DNA of 64,000 nt, taken from positions 25,978,001-26,042,000 of the forward strand of contig OZ024741.1 in NCBI GenBank assembly GCA_964016885.1, read 5' to 3'. The stretch is from Eledone cirrhosa. Taxonomy: Eukaryota. The notes under the pieces are model-generated. The model worked only from the letters and a program-made list of their open reading frames with translations, searched no databases and was not told the DNA's origin. The position numbers and the translations under genes were made by a program. Shown here one piece after another: positions 39,001 to 52,900 of this stretch (position 1 is its first letter; every line of letters begins with the position of its first letter).

Positions 39001-42000
39001 TCTGTTATACACTGTAACATATTACAGACCTTAACTACCATCATAACGAGACTTACCTTGTCTGTTATACACTGTAACATATTACAAACATTAACTACCG
39101 TCATAAGGAAACTTACCTTGTCTGTTATACACTGTAACATATTACAGACCTTAACTACTGTCATAACGAGACTTACCTTGTCTGTTATACACTGTAACAT
39201 ATTACAGACCTTAACTACCGTCCTGAGGAGACTTACCTTGTCTGTTATACACTGTAACATATTACTGACCTTAACTACTGTCATAAGGAGACTTACCTTG
39301 TCTGTTATACACTGTAACATATTACAGACCTTAACTACTGTCATAACGAGACCTACCTTGTCTGTTATACACTGTAACAAATTACAGACCTTAACTACTG
39401 TCATAACGAGACTTACCTTGTCTGTTATACACTGTAACATATTACAGACCTTAACTACTGTTATAACGAGACTTACCTTGTCTGTTATACACTGTAACAT
39501 ATTACAGACCTTAACTACCGTCCTAAGGAGACTTACCTTGTCTGTTATACACTGTAACATATTACAGACCTTAACTACCGTCCTAAGGAGACTTACCTTG
39601 TCTGTTATACACTGTAACATATTACAGACCTTAACTACCATCATAACGAGACTTACCTTGTCTGTTATACACTGTAACATATTACAAACCTTAACTACCG
39701 TCATAACGAGACTTACCTTGTCTGTTATACACTGTAACATATTACAGACCTTAACTACTGTTATAACGAGACTTACCTTGTCTGTTATACACTGTAACAT
39801 ATTACAGACCTTAACTACCGTCCTAAGGAGACTTACCTTGTCTGTTATACACTGTAACATATTACAGACCTTAACTACCGTCATAACGAGACTTACCTTG
39901 TCTGTTATACACTAACATATTACAGACCTTAACTACCGTCATAACGAGACTTACATTGTCTGTTATACACTAACATATTACAGACCTTAACTACCGTCAT
40001 AACGAGACTTACCTTGTCTGTTATACACTAACATATTACAGACCTTAACTACCGTCATAACGAGACTTACCTTGTCTGTTATACACTGTAACATATTACA
40101 GACCTTAACTACTGTTATAACGAGACTTACCTTGTCTGTTATACACTGTAACATATTACAGACCTTAACTACCGTCCTAAGGAGACTTACCTTGTCTGTT
40201 ATACACTGTAACATATTACAGACCTTAACTACCGTCCTAAGGAGACTTACCTTGTCTGTTATACACTGTAACATATTACAGACCTTAACTATCGCCATAA
40301 CAGGACTTATCTTGTCTGTTATACACTGTAACATATTACAGACTTTAACTACCGTCATAACGAGACTTACCTTGTCTGTTATACACTGTAACATATTACA
40401 GACTTTAACTACTGTCATAACGAGACTTACCTTGTCTGTTATAAACTGTAACATATTACAGACCTTAACTACCATCATAACAAGACTTACCTTGTCTGTT
40501 ATACACTGTAACATATTACAGACCTTAACTACTGTCATAACGAGACTTACCTTGTCTGTTATACACTGTAACATATTACAGACCTTAACTGCTGTCATAA
40601 GGAGACTTACCTTGTCTGTTATACACTGTAACATATTACAGACCTTAACTACTGTTATAACGAGACTTACCTTGTCTGTTATACACTGTAACATATTACA
40701 GACCTTAACTACCGTCCTAAGGAGACTTACCTTGTCTGTTATACACTGTAACATATTACAGACCTTAACTACCGTCATAACGAGACTTACCTTGTCTATT
40801 ATACACTGTAATATATTACAGACCTTAACTACCATCATAACGAGACTTACCTTGTCTGCTATACACTGTAACATATTACAAACCTTAACTACCGTCATAA
40901 CGAGACTTACCTTGTCTGTTATACACTGTAACATATTACAGACCTTAACTACTGTCATATCGAGACTTACCTTGTCTGTTATACACTGTAACATATTACA
41001 GACCTTAACTACTGTTATAACGAGACTTACCTTGTCTGTTATACACTGTAACATATTACAGACCTTAACTACCGTCATAACGAGACTTACCTTGTCTGTT
41101 ATACACTAACATATTACAGACCTTAACTACCGTCATAACGAGACTTACCTTGTCTGTTATACACTAACATATTACAGACCTTAACTACCGTCATAACGAG
41201 ACTTACCTTGTCTGTTATACACTAACATATTACAGACCTTAACTACCGTCATAACGAGACTTACCTTGTCTGTTATACACTGTAACATGTTACAGACCTT
41301 AACTACCGTCATAACGAGACTTACCTTGTCTGTTATACACTGTAACATATTACAGACCTTAACTACCATCATAACGAGACTTACCTTGTCTGTTATACAC
41401 TGTAACATATTACAAACCTTAACTACCGTCATAACGAGACTTACCTTGTCTGTTATACACTGTAACATATTACAGACCTTAACTACTGTCATAACGAGAT
41501 TTACGTTGTCTGTTATACACTGTAACATATTACAGACCTTAACTACTGTCATAACGAGACTTACCTTGTCTGTTATACACTGTAACATATTACTGACCTT
41601 AACTACTGTCATAAGGAGACTTACCTTGTCTGTTATACACTGTAACATATTACAGACCTTAACTACTGTCATAACGAGACTTACCTTGTCTGTTATACAC
41701 TGTAACATATTACAGACCTTAACTACTGTCATAACGAGACTTACCTTGTCTGTTATACACTGTAACATATTACAGACCTTAACTACTGTCATAACGAGAC
41801 TTTCCTTGTCTGTTATACACTGTAACAAATTACAGCCCTTAACTACTGTCATAACGAGACTTACCTTGTCTGTTATACACTGTAACATATTACAGACCTT
41901 AACTACTGTTATAACGAGGCTTACCTTGTCTGTTATACACTGTAACATATTACTGACCTTAACTACTGTCATAAGGAGACTTACCTTGTCTGTTATACAA

Positions 42001-45000
42001 TGTAACATATTACAGACCTTAACTACTGTCATAACGAGACTTACCTTGTCTGTTATACACTGTAACATATTACAGACCTTAACTACCGTCCTAAGGAGAC
42101 TTACCTTGTCTGTTATACACTGTAACATATTACAGACTTTAACTACCGTCATAACGAGATTTACCTTGTCTATTATACACTGTAATATATTACAGACCTT
42201 AACTACTGTCATAACGAGACTTACCTTGTCTGTTATACACTGTAACATATTACAGACCTTAACTACTGTTATAACAAGACTTACCTTGTCTGTTATACAC
42301 TGTAACATATTACAGACTTTAACTACCGTCTTAAGGAGACTTACCTTGTCTGTTATACACTGTAACATATTACAGACCTTAACTACCCTCATAACGAGAC
42401 TTACCTTGTCTGTTATACACTGTAACATATTACAGACCTTAACTACTGTTATAACAAGACTTACCTTGTCTGTTATACACTGTAACATATTACAGACTTT
42501 AACTACCGTCATGAAAAGACGTACCTTGTCTGTTATACACTGTAACATATTACAGTCCTTTACTACCGTCCTAAGGAGACTTACCTTGTCTGTTATACAC
42601 TGTAACATATTACAGACCTTAACTACCATCATAACAAGACTTATCTTGTCTATTATACACTGTAACATATTACAGACCTTAACTATTGTCATAACGAGAC
42701 TTACCTTGTCTGTTATACACTGTAACATATTACAGACCTTAACTACTGTTATAACAAGACTTACCTTGTCTGTTATACACTGTAACATATTACAGACTTT
42801 AACTACCGTCTTAAGGAGACTTACCTTGTCTGTTATACACTGTAACATATTACAGACCTTAACTACCCTCATAACGAGACTTACCTTGTCTGTTATACAC
42901 TGTAACATATTACAGACTTTAACTACCGTCATAACGAGACTTACCTTGTCTGTTATACACTGTAACATATTACAGACCTTAACTGCCATCATAACAAGAC
43001 TTACCTTGTCTATTATACACTGTAACATATTACAGACCTTAACTACTGTCATAACGAGACTTACCTTGTCTGTTATACACTGTAACATATTACAGTCCTT
43101 AACTACTGTCATAAGGAGAGTTACCTTGTCTGTTATACACTGTAACATATTACAGACCTTAACTACTGTCATAAGGAGACATACCTTGTCTGTTATACAC
43201 TGTAACATATTACAGACCTTAACTACTGTCATAAGGAGACTTAACTTGTCTGTTATACACTGTAACATATTACAGACATTAACTACTGTCATAACGAGAC
43301 TTACCTTGTCTGTTATACACTAACATATTACAGACCTTAACTACTGTCATAAGGAGACTTACCTTGTCTGTTAAACACTAACATATTACACACCTTAACT
43401 ACTGTCATAAGGAGACTTACCTTGTCTGTTATACACTGTAACATATTACAGACCTTAACTACTGTCATAACGAGACTTACCTTGTCTGTTATACACTGTA
43501 ACATATTACAGACATTAACTACTGTCATAAGGAGACTTACCTTGTCTGTTATACACTGTAACATATTACAGACTTTAACTACTGTCATAAGGAGACTTAC
43601 CTTGTCTGTTATACACTGTAACATATTACAGACCTTAACTACTGTCATAAGGAGATTTACCTTGTCTGTTATACACTGTAACATATTACAGACCTTAACT
43701 ACTGTCATAACAAGATTTACCTTGTCTGTTATACACTGTAACATATTACAGACCTTAACTACTGTCATAACGAGACTTACCTTGTCTGTTATACACTGTA
43801 ACATATTACAGACCTTAACTACTGTCATAACGAGACTTACCTTGTCTGTTATACACTAACATATTACAGACCTTAACTACTGTCATAAGGAGACTTACCT
43901 TGTCTGTTATACACTGTAACATATTACAGACCTTAACTACCATCATAACGACACTTACCGTGTCTGTTGTAGACTGTAACATATTACAGACTTTAACTAC
44001 TGTCATAACGAGACTTACCTTGTCTGTTATACACTAACATATTACAGTCCTTAACTACCGTTATAACGAGACTTACCTTGTCTGTTATACACTGTAACAT
44101 ATTACAGACCTTAACTACTGTCATAACAAGACTTACCTTGTCTGTTATACACTGTAACATATTACAGACCTTAACTACCGTCATAACGAGACTTACCTTG
44201 TCTGTTATACATTGTAACATATTACAGACCTTAACTACTGTCATAATGAGACTTACCTTGTCTGTTATACACTGTAACATATTACAGACTTTAACTACTG
44301 TCATAAGGAGACTTACCTTGTCTGTTATACACTGTAACATATTACAGACCTTAACTACTGTCATAACAAGACTTACCTTGTCTGTTATACACTGTAACAT
44401 ATTACAGACCTTAACTACTGTCATAACGAGACTTACCTTGTCTGTTATACACTGTAACATATTACAGACTTTAACTACCGTCATAACGAGACTTACCTTG
44501 TCTGTTATACACTGTAACATATTACAGACCTTAACTACTGTCATAACTAGACTTACCTTGTCTGTTATACACTGTAACATATTACAGACCTTAACTACAG
44601 TCATAACGAGACTTACCTTGTCTGTTATACACTGTAACATATTACAGACCTTAACTACTGTCATAAGGAGACTTACCTTGTCTGTTATACACTGTAACAT
44701 ATTACAGACTTTAACTACTGTCATAAGGAGACTTACCTTGTCTGTTATACACTGTAACATATTACAGACCTTAACTACTGTCATAAGGAGACTTACCTTG
44801 TCTGTTATACACTGTAACATATTACAGACTTTAACTACTGTCATAACAAGACTTACCTTGTCTGTTTTACACTGTAACATATTACAGACCTTAACTACTG
44901 TCATAACGAGACTTACCTTGTCTGTTATACACTGTAACATATTACAGACCTTAACTACTGTTATAACAAGACTTACCTTGTCTGTTATACACTGTAACAT

Positions 45001-46944
45001 ATTACAGACTTTAACTACCGTCTTAAGGAGACTTACCTTGTCTGTTATACACTGTAACATATTACAGACCTTAACTACCACCATAAAAAAACTTACCTTG
45101 TCTGTGATACACTGTAACATATTACAGACTTTAACTACCGTCATAACGAGACTTACCTTGTCTGTTATACACTGTAACATATTACAGACCTTAACTACCG
45201 TCATAACGAGACTTACCTTGTCTGTTATACATTGTAACATATTACAGACCTTAACTACTGTCATAACGAGACTTACCTTGTCTGTTATACACTGTAACAT
45301 ATTACAGACTTTAACTACTGTCATAACGAGACTTACCTTGTCTGTTATACACTGTAACATATTACAGACTTTACTGTCATAACGAGACTTACCTTGTCTG
45401 TTATACACTGTAACATATTACAGACTTTAACTACTGTCATAACGAGACTTACCTTGTCTGTTATACACTGTAACATATTACAGACCTTAACTACCGTCAT
45501 AACGAGACTTACCTTGTCTGTTATACACTGTAACATATTACTGACCTTAACTACTGTCAAAACGAGACTTACCTTGTCTGTTATACACTGTAACATATTA
45601 CAGACTTTAACTACTGTCATAACGAGACTTACCTTGTCTGTTATACACTGTAACATATTACAAACCTTAACTACTGTTATAACAAGACTTACCTTGTCTG
45701 TTATACACTGTAACATATTACAGACCTTAACTACCGTCTTAAGGAGACTTACCTTGTCTGTTATACACTGTAACATATTACAAACCTTAACTACTGTTAT
45801 AACAAGACTTACCTTGTCTGTTATACACTGTAACATATTACAGACCTTAACTACCGCCATAAGAACACTTACCTTGTCTGTTATACACTGTAACATATTA
45901 CAGACCTTAACTACCGCCATAAGAACACTTACCTTGTCTGTTATACACTGTAAAATATTACAGACTTCATCTACCATCATAACGAGACTTACCTTGTCTG
46001 TTATACACTGTAACATATTACAGACCTTAACTACTGTCATAAGGAGACTTACCTTGTCTGTTATACACTGTAACATATTACAGACCTTAACTACTGTCAT
46101 AACGAGACTTACCTTGTCTGTTATACACTGTAACATATTACAGACCTTAACTACTGTCATAAGGGGACTCACCTTGTCTGTTATACACTGTAACATATTA
46201 CACACCTTAACTACTGTCATAAGGAGACTTACCTTGTCTGTTATACACTGTAACATATTACAGACCTTAACTACTGTCATAAGGAGATTTACCTTGTCTG
46301 TTATACACTGTAACATATTACAGACTTTAACTACTGTCATAAGGAGACTTACCTTGTCTGTTATACACTGTAACATATTACAGACCTTAACTACTGTCAT
46401 AACGAGACTTACCTTGTCTGTTATACACTAACATATTACAGACCTTAACTACTGTCATAAGGAGACTTATCTTGTCTGTTATACACTGTAACATATTACA
46501 GACTTTAACTACTGTCATAACGAGACTTACCTTGTCTGTTATACACTGTAACATATTACAGACCTTAACTACCATCATAACGAGACTTACCTTGTCTGTT
46601 ATACACTGTAACATATTACAAACCTTAACTACTGTCATAACAAGACTTACCTTGTCTGTTATACACTGTAACATATTACAGACCTTAACTACCGTCATAA
46701 CGAGACTTACCTTGTCTGTTATACACTGTAACATATTACAGACTTTAACTACTGTCATAACGAGACTTACCTTGTCTGTTATACACTGTAACATATTACT
46801 GACCTTAACTACTGTCATAACGAGACTTACCTTGTCTGTTATACACTGTAACATATTACAGACCTTAACTACCGTCATAACGAGACTTACCTTGTCTGTT
46901 ATACACTGTAACATATTACAGACTTTAACTACCGTCATAACGAG
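24018..46944. repeat. 60-bp satellite array, about 23 kb (about 380 units), with 58-bp deletion variants
   Basis: Consensus ACTTACCTTGTCTGTTATACACTGTAACATATTACAGACCTTAACTACTGTCATAACGAG. The array is uninterrupted and in a single orientation. Confidence 0.99.
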
Positions 46945-49900
46945 ACATATCTAATGTGACCACACCAACATATCTAATGTGACTACACCAATATATCTAA
47001 TGTGACCACACCAACATATCTAATGTGGCCACACCAACATATCTAATGTGACGACACCAACATATCTAATCTGACCACACCAACATATCTAATGTGGCTA
47101 CAACAACATATCTAATATGGCTACACTAACATATCTAATGTGACTACACCAACATATCTAATGTGCCCACACCAACATATCTAATGTTACCACACCAACA
47201 TATCTAATGTGACTACACCAACATATCTAATGTGGCCCCACCAACATATCTAATGTGCCCACACCAACATGTCTAATGTGACTACACCAACATATCTAAT
47301 GTGGCTACACCAACATATCTAATGTGACCACACCAACATATCTAATGTGACTACACCAACATATCTAATGTGACCACACCAACATATCTAATGTTACCAC
47401 ACCAACATATCTAATGTGACTACACCAACATATCTAATGTGGCCACACCAACATATCTAATGTGACCACACCAACATATCTAATGTGGCCACACCAACAT
47501 ATCTAATGTGACTACATCAACATATCTAATGTGACTACACCATCATATCTAATGTGGCCACACCAACATATCTAATGTGACTACACCAACATATCTAATG
47601 TGACTACACCACCATATCTAATGTGACCACACCAACATATCTATTGTGGCCCCACCAACATATCTAATGTGGCCCCACCAACATATCTAATGTGCCCACA
47701 CCAACATATCTAATGTGAACACACCACCATATCTAATGTGACTACACCGACATGTCTAATGTGACCACACCAACATATCTAATGTGACCCCACCAACATA
47801 TCTAATGTGACCCCACCAACATATCTAATGTGGCCACACCAACATATCTAATGTGACCACACCAACATATCTAATGTGACCACACCAACATATCTAATGT
47901 GACCACACCAACATATCTAATGTGACTACACCAACATATCTAATGTGACCACACCACCATATCTAATGTGACTACACCAACATACCTAATGTGACCACAC
48001 CACCATATCTAATGTGACTACACCAACATATCTAATGTGACCACACCAACATATCTAATGTGACTACACCAACATATCTAATGTGGCCACACCAACATAT
48101 CTAATGTGACTACACCAACATATCTAATGTGACCACACCAACATATCTAATGTGACTACACCAACATATATAATGTGACTACACCAACATATATAATGTG
48201 ACCACACCAACATATCTAATGTGGCCACACCAACATATCTAATGTGGCCACACCAACATATCTAATGTGACTACACCAACATATCTAATGTGGCCACACC
48301 AACATATCTAATGTGACTACACCAACATATATAATGTGACTACACCAACATATATAATGTGACCACACCAACATATCTAATGTGGCCACACCAACATATC
48401 TAATGTGGCCACACCAACATATCTAATGTGACTACACCAACATATCTAATGTGGCCCCACCAACATATCTAATGTGACCACACCAACATATCTAATGTGA
48501 CTACACCAACATATCTAATGTGGCTCCACCAACATATCTAATGTGGCCCCACCAACATATCTAATGTGACCACACCAACATATCTAATGTAACTACACCA
48601 ACATATCTAATGTGACTACACCAACATATCTAATGTGGCTCCACCAACATATCTAATGTGGCCACACCAACATATCTAATGTGGCCACACCAACATATCT
48701 AATGTGACCACACCAACATATCTAATGTGACTACACCAACATAGCTAATGTGGCCACACCAACATATCTAATGTGACCACACTAACATATCTAATGTGGC
48801 CACACCAACATATCTAATGTGACTACACCAACATATCTAATGTGGCCCCACCAACATATCTAATGTGACCACACCAACATATCTAATGTGACTACACCAA
48901 CATATCTAATGTGGCTCCACCAACATATCTAATGTGGCCCCACCAACATATCTAATGTGACCACACCAACATATCTAATGTAACTACACCAACATATCTA
49001 ATGTGACTACACCAACATATCTAATGTGGCTCCACCAACATATCTAATGTGGCCACACCAACATATCTAATGTGGCCACACCAACATATCTAATGTGACC
49101 ACACCAACATATCTAATGTGACTACACCAACATAGCTAATGTGGCCACACCAACATATCTAATGTGACCACACTAACATATCTAATGTGGCCACACCAAC
49201 ATATCTAATGTGACTACACCAACACATCTAATGTGGCTACACCACTATATCTAATGTGGCCAAACCAACATATCTAATGTGGCCCCACCAACATATCTAA
49301 TGTGACCACACCAACATATCTAATGTGGCCACAGCAACATATCTAATGTGGCCACACCAACATATCTAATGTGACCACACCACCATATCTAATGTGGCTA
49401 CACCAACATATCTAATGTGACTACACCAACATATCTAATGTGACTACACCAACATATCTAATGTGACCACACCAACATATCTAATGTGACTACACCAACA
49501 TATATAATGTGACCACACCAGCATATCTAATGTGGCCCCACCAACATATCTAATGTGGCCCCACCAACATATCTAACGTGACCACACCAACATATCTAAT
49601 GTGACAACACAAACATATCTAATGTGACTACACCAACATACCTAATGTGACAACACAAACATATCTAATGTGACCACACCAACATATCTAATGTGACTAC
49701 ACCAACATATCTAATGTGACCACACCAACATATCTAATGTGACTACACCAACATATCTAATGTGGCCCCACCAACATATCTAATGTGGCCCCACCAACAT
49801 ATCTAATGTGGCTACACCAACATATCTAATGTGGCCCCACCAACATATCTAATGTGGCCCCACCAACATATCTAACGTGACCACACCAACATATCTAATG

Positions 49901-52900
49901 TGACCACACCAACATATCTAATGTGACCACACCAACATATCTAATGTGACTACACCAACATATCTAATGTGACTACACCAACATATCTAATGTGACTACA
50001 CCAACATATCTAATGTGACCACACCACCATATCTAATGTGGCCACACCAACATATCTAATGTGGCCACACAAACATATCTAATGTGACTACACCAACATA
50101 TCTAATGTGACCACACCAACATATCTAATGTGACCACACCAACATATCTAATGTGACCACACCAACATATCTAATGTGACCACACCAACATATCTAATGT
50201 GGCCACACCAACATATCTAATGTGGCCACACAAACATATCTAATGTGGCCACACCAACATATCTAATGTGGCCACACAAACATATCTAATGTGACTACAC
50301 CAACATATCTAATGTGACTACACCAACATATCTAATGTGGCCACACCAACATATCTAATGTGACCACACCACCATATCTAATGTGGCCCCACCAACATAT
50401 CTAATGTGACCACACCAACATATCTAATGTGACCACACCAACATATCTAATGTGACTACACCAACATATATAATGTGACCACACCAACATATCTAATGTG
50501 ACCACACCAACATATCTAATGTGACTACACCAACATATCTAATGTGACCACACCACCATATCTAATGTGGCCCCACCAACATATCTAATGTGACCACACC
50601 AACATATCTAATGTGACTACACCAACATATCTAATGTGACCACACCAACATATCTAATGTGACCACACCAACATATCTAATGTGACTACACCAACATATC
50701 TAATGTGACCACACCACCATATCTAATGTGGCCCCACCAACATATCTAATGTGACCACACCAACATATCTAATGTGACCACACCAACATATCTAATGTGA
50801 CTACACCAACATATCTAATGTGACCACACCAACATATCTAATGTGACTACACCAACATATCTAATGTGACCACACCACCATATCTAATGTGGCCCCACCA
50901 ACATATCTAATGTGACCACACCAACATATCTAATGTGACTACACCAACATATCTAATGTGACCACACCAACATATCTAATGTGACCACACCAACATATCT
51001 AATGTGACTACACCAACATATCTAATGTGACCACACCACCATATCTAATGTGGCCCCACCAACATATCTAATGTGACCACACCAACATATCTAATGTGAC
51101 CACACCAACATATCTAATGTGACCACACCAACATATCTAATGTGACCACACCACCATATCTAATGTGGCCCCACCAACATATCTAATGTGACCACACCAA
51201 CATATCTAATGTGACTACACCAACATATCTAATGTGACCACACCAACATATCTAATGTGACCACACCAACATATCTAATGTGACTACACCAACATATCTA
51301 ATGTGACCACACCACCATATCTAATGTGGCCCCACCAACATATCTAATGTGACCACACCAACATATCTAATGTGACCACACCAACATATCTAATGTGACT
51401 ACACCAACATATCTAATGTGACCACACCACCATATCTAATGTGGCCCCACCAACATATCTAATGTGGCCCCACCAACATATCTAATGTGGCCCCACCAAC
51501 ATATCTAATGTGACCACGCCAACATATCTAATGTGACTACACCAACATATCTAATGTGGCCACACCAACATATCTAATGTGACCAGACCAACATATCTAA
51601 TGTGGCCCCACCAACATATCTAATGTGACCACACCAACATATCTAATATGGCCCCACCAACATATCTAATGTGGCCACACCAACATATCTAATGTGGCCC
51701 CACCAACATATCTAATATGGCCCCACCAACATATCTAATGTGGCCACACCAACATATCTAATGTGGCCCCACCAACATATCTAATGTGGCCCCACCAACA
51801 TATCTAATGTGGCCCCACCAACATATCTAATGTGACCACACCAACATATCTAATATGGCCCCACCAACATATCTAATGTGGCCCCACCAACATATCTAAT
51901 GTGGCCCCACCAACATATCTAATGTGGCCCCACCAACATATCTAATGTGATCACACCAACATATCTAATGTGACCACACCAACATATCTAATGTGGCCAC
52001 ACCAACATATCTAATGTGACCACAGCAACATATTTATTGTGGCCACACCAACATATCTAATGTGACCACTCCAACATATCTAATGTGACTACACCAACAT
52101 ATCTAATGTGGCCCCACCAACATATCTAATGTGACCACACCAACATATCTAATGTGGCCACACCAACATATCTAATGTGGCCACACCAACATATCTAATG
52201 TGACCACAGCAACATATTTAATGTAGCCACACCAACATATCTAATGTGACCACACCAACATATCTAATGTGACCACACCAACATATCTAATGTGACCACT
52301 CCAACGTATCTAATGTGACCACACCAACATATCTAATGTGACCACACCAACATATCTAATGTGACCACTCCAACATATCTAATGTGACTACACCAACATA
52401 TCTAATGTGGCCACACCAACATATCTAATGTGACCACACCAACATATCTAATGTGACTACACCAACATATCTAATGTGGCCACACCAACATATCTAATGT
52501 GACCACACCAACATATCTAATGTGACCACACCAACATATCTAATGTGGCCACACCAACATATCTAATGTGACTACACCAACATATCTAATGTGACCACAC
52601 CAACATATCTAATGTGACCACACCAACATATCTAATGTGGCTACACCAACATATCTAATGTGGCCACACCAACATATCTAATGTGACCACACCAACATAT
52701 CTAATGTGACTACACCAACATATCTAATGTGACTACACCAACATATCTAATGTGACCACACCAACATATCTAATGTGACTACACCAATATATCTAATGTG
52801 GCCACACCAACATATCTAATTTGACCACAGCAACATATCTAATGTGACCACATCAACATATCTAATGTGGCCACACCAACATATCTAATGTGACCACACC

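Noticed and set aside
24014-46954. Very long ORFs (up to 1012 aa) on both strands of the 60-bp array
   Set aside because: The unit length is a multiple of 3 with a stop-free frame on each strand. Frames break at every 58-bp variant and show no domain-like sequence, so these are repeat artefacts.
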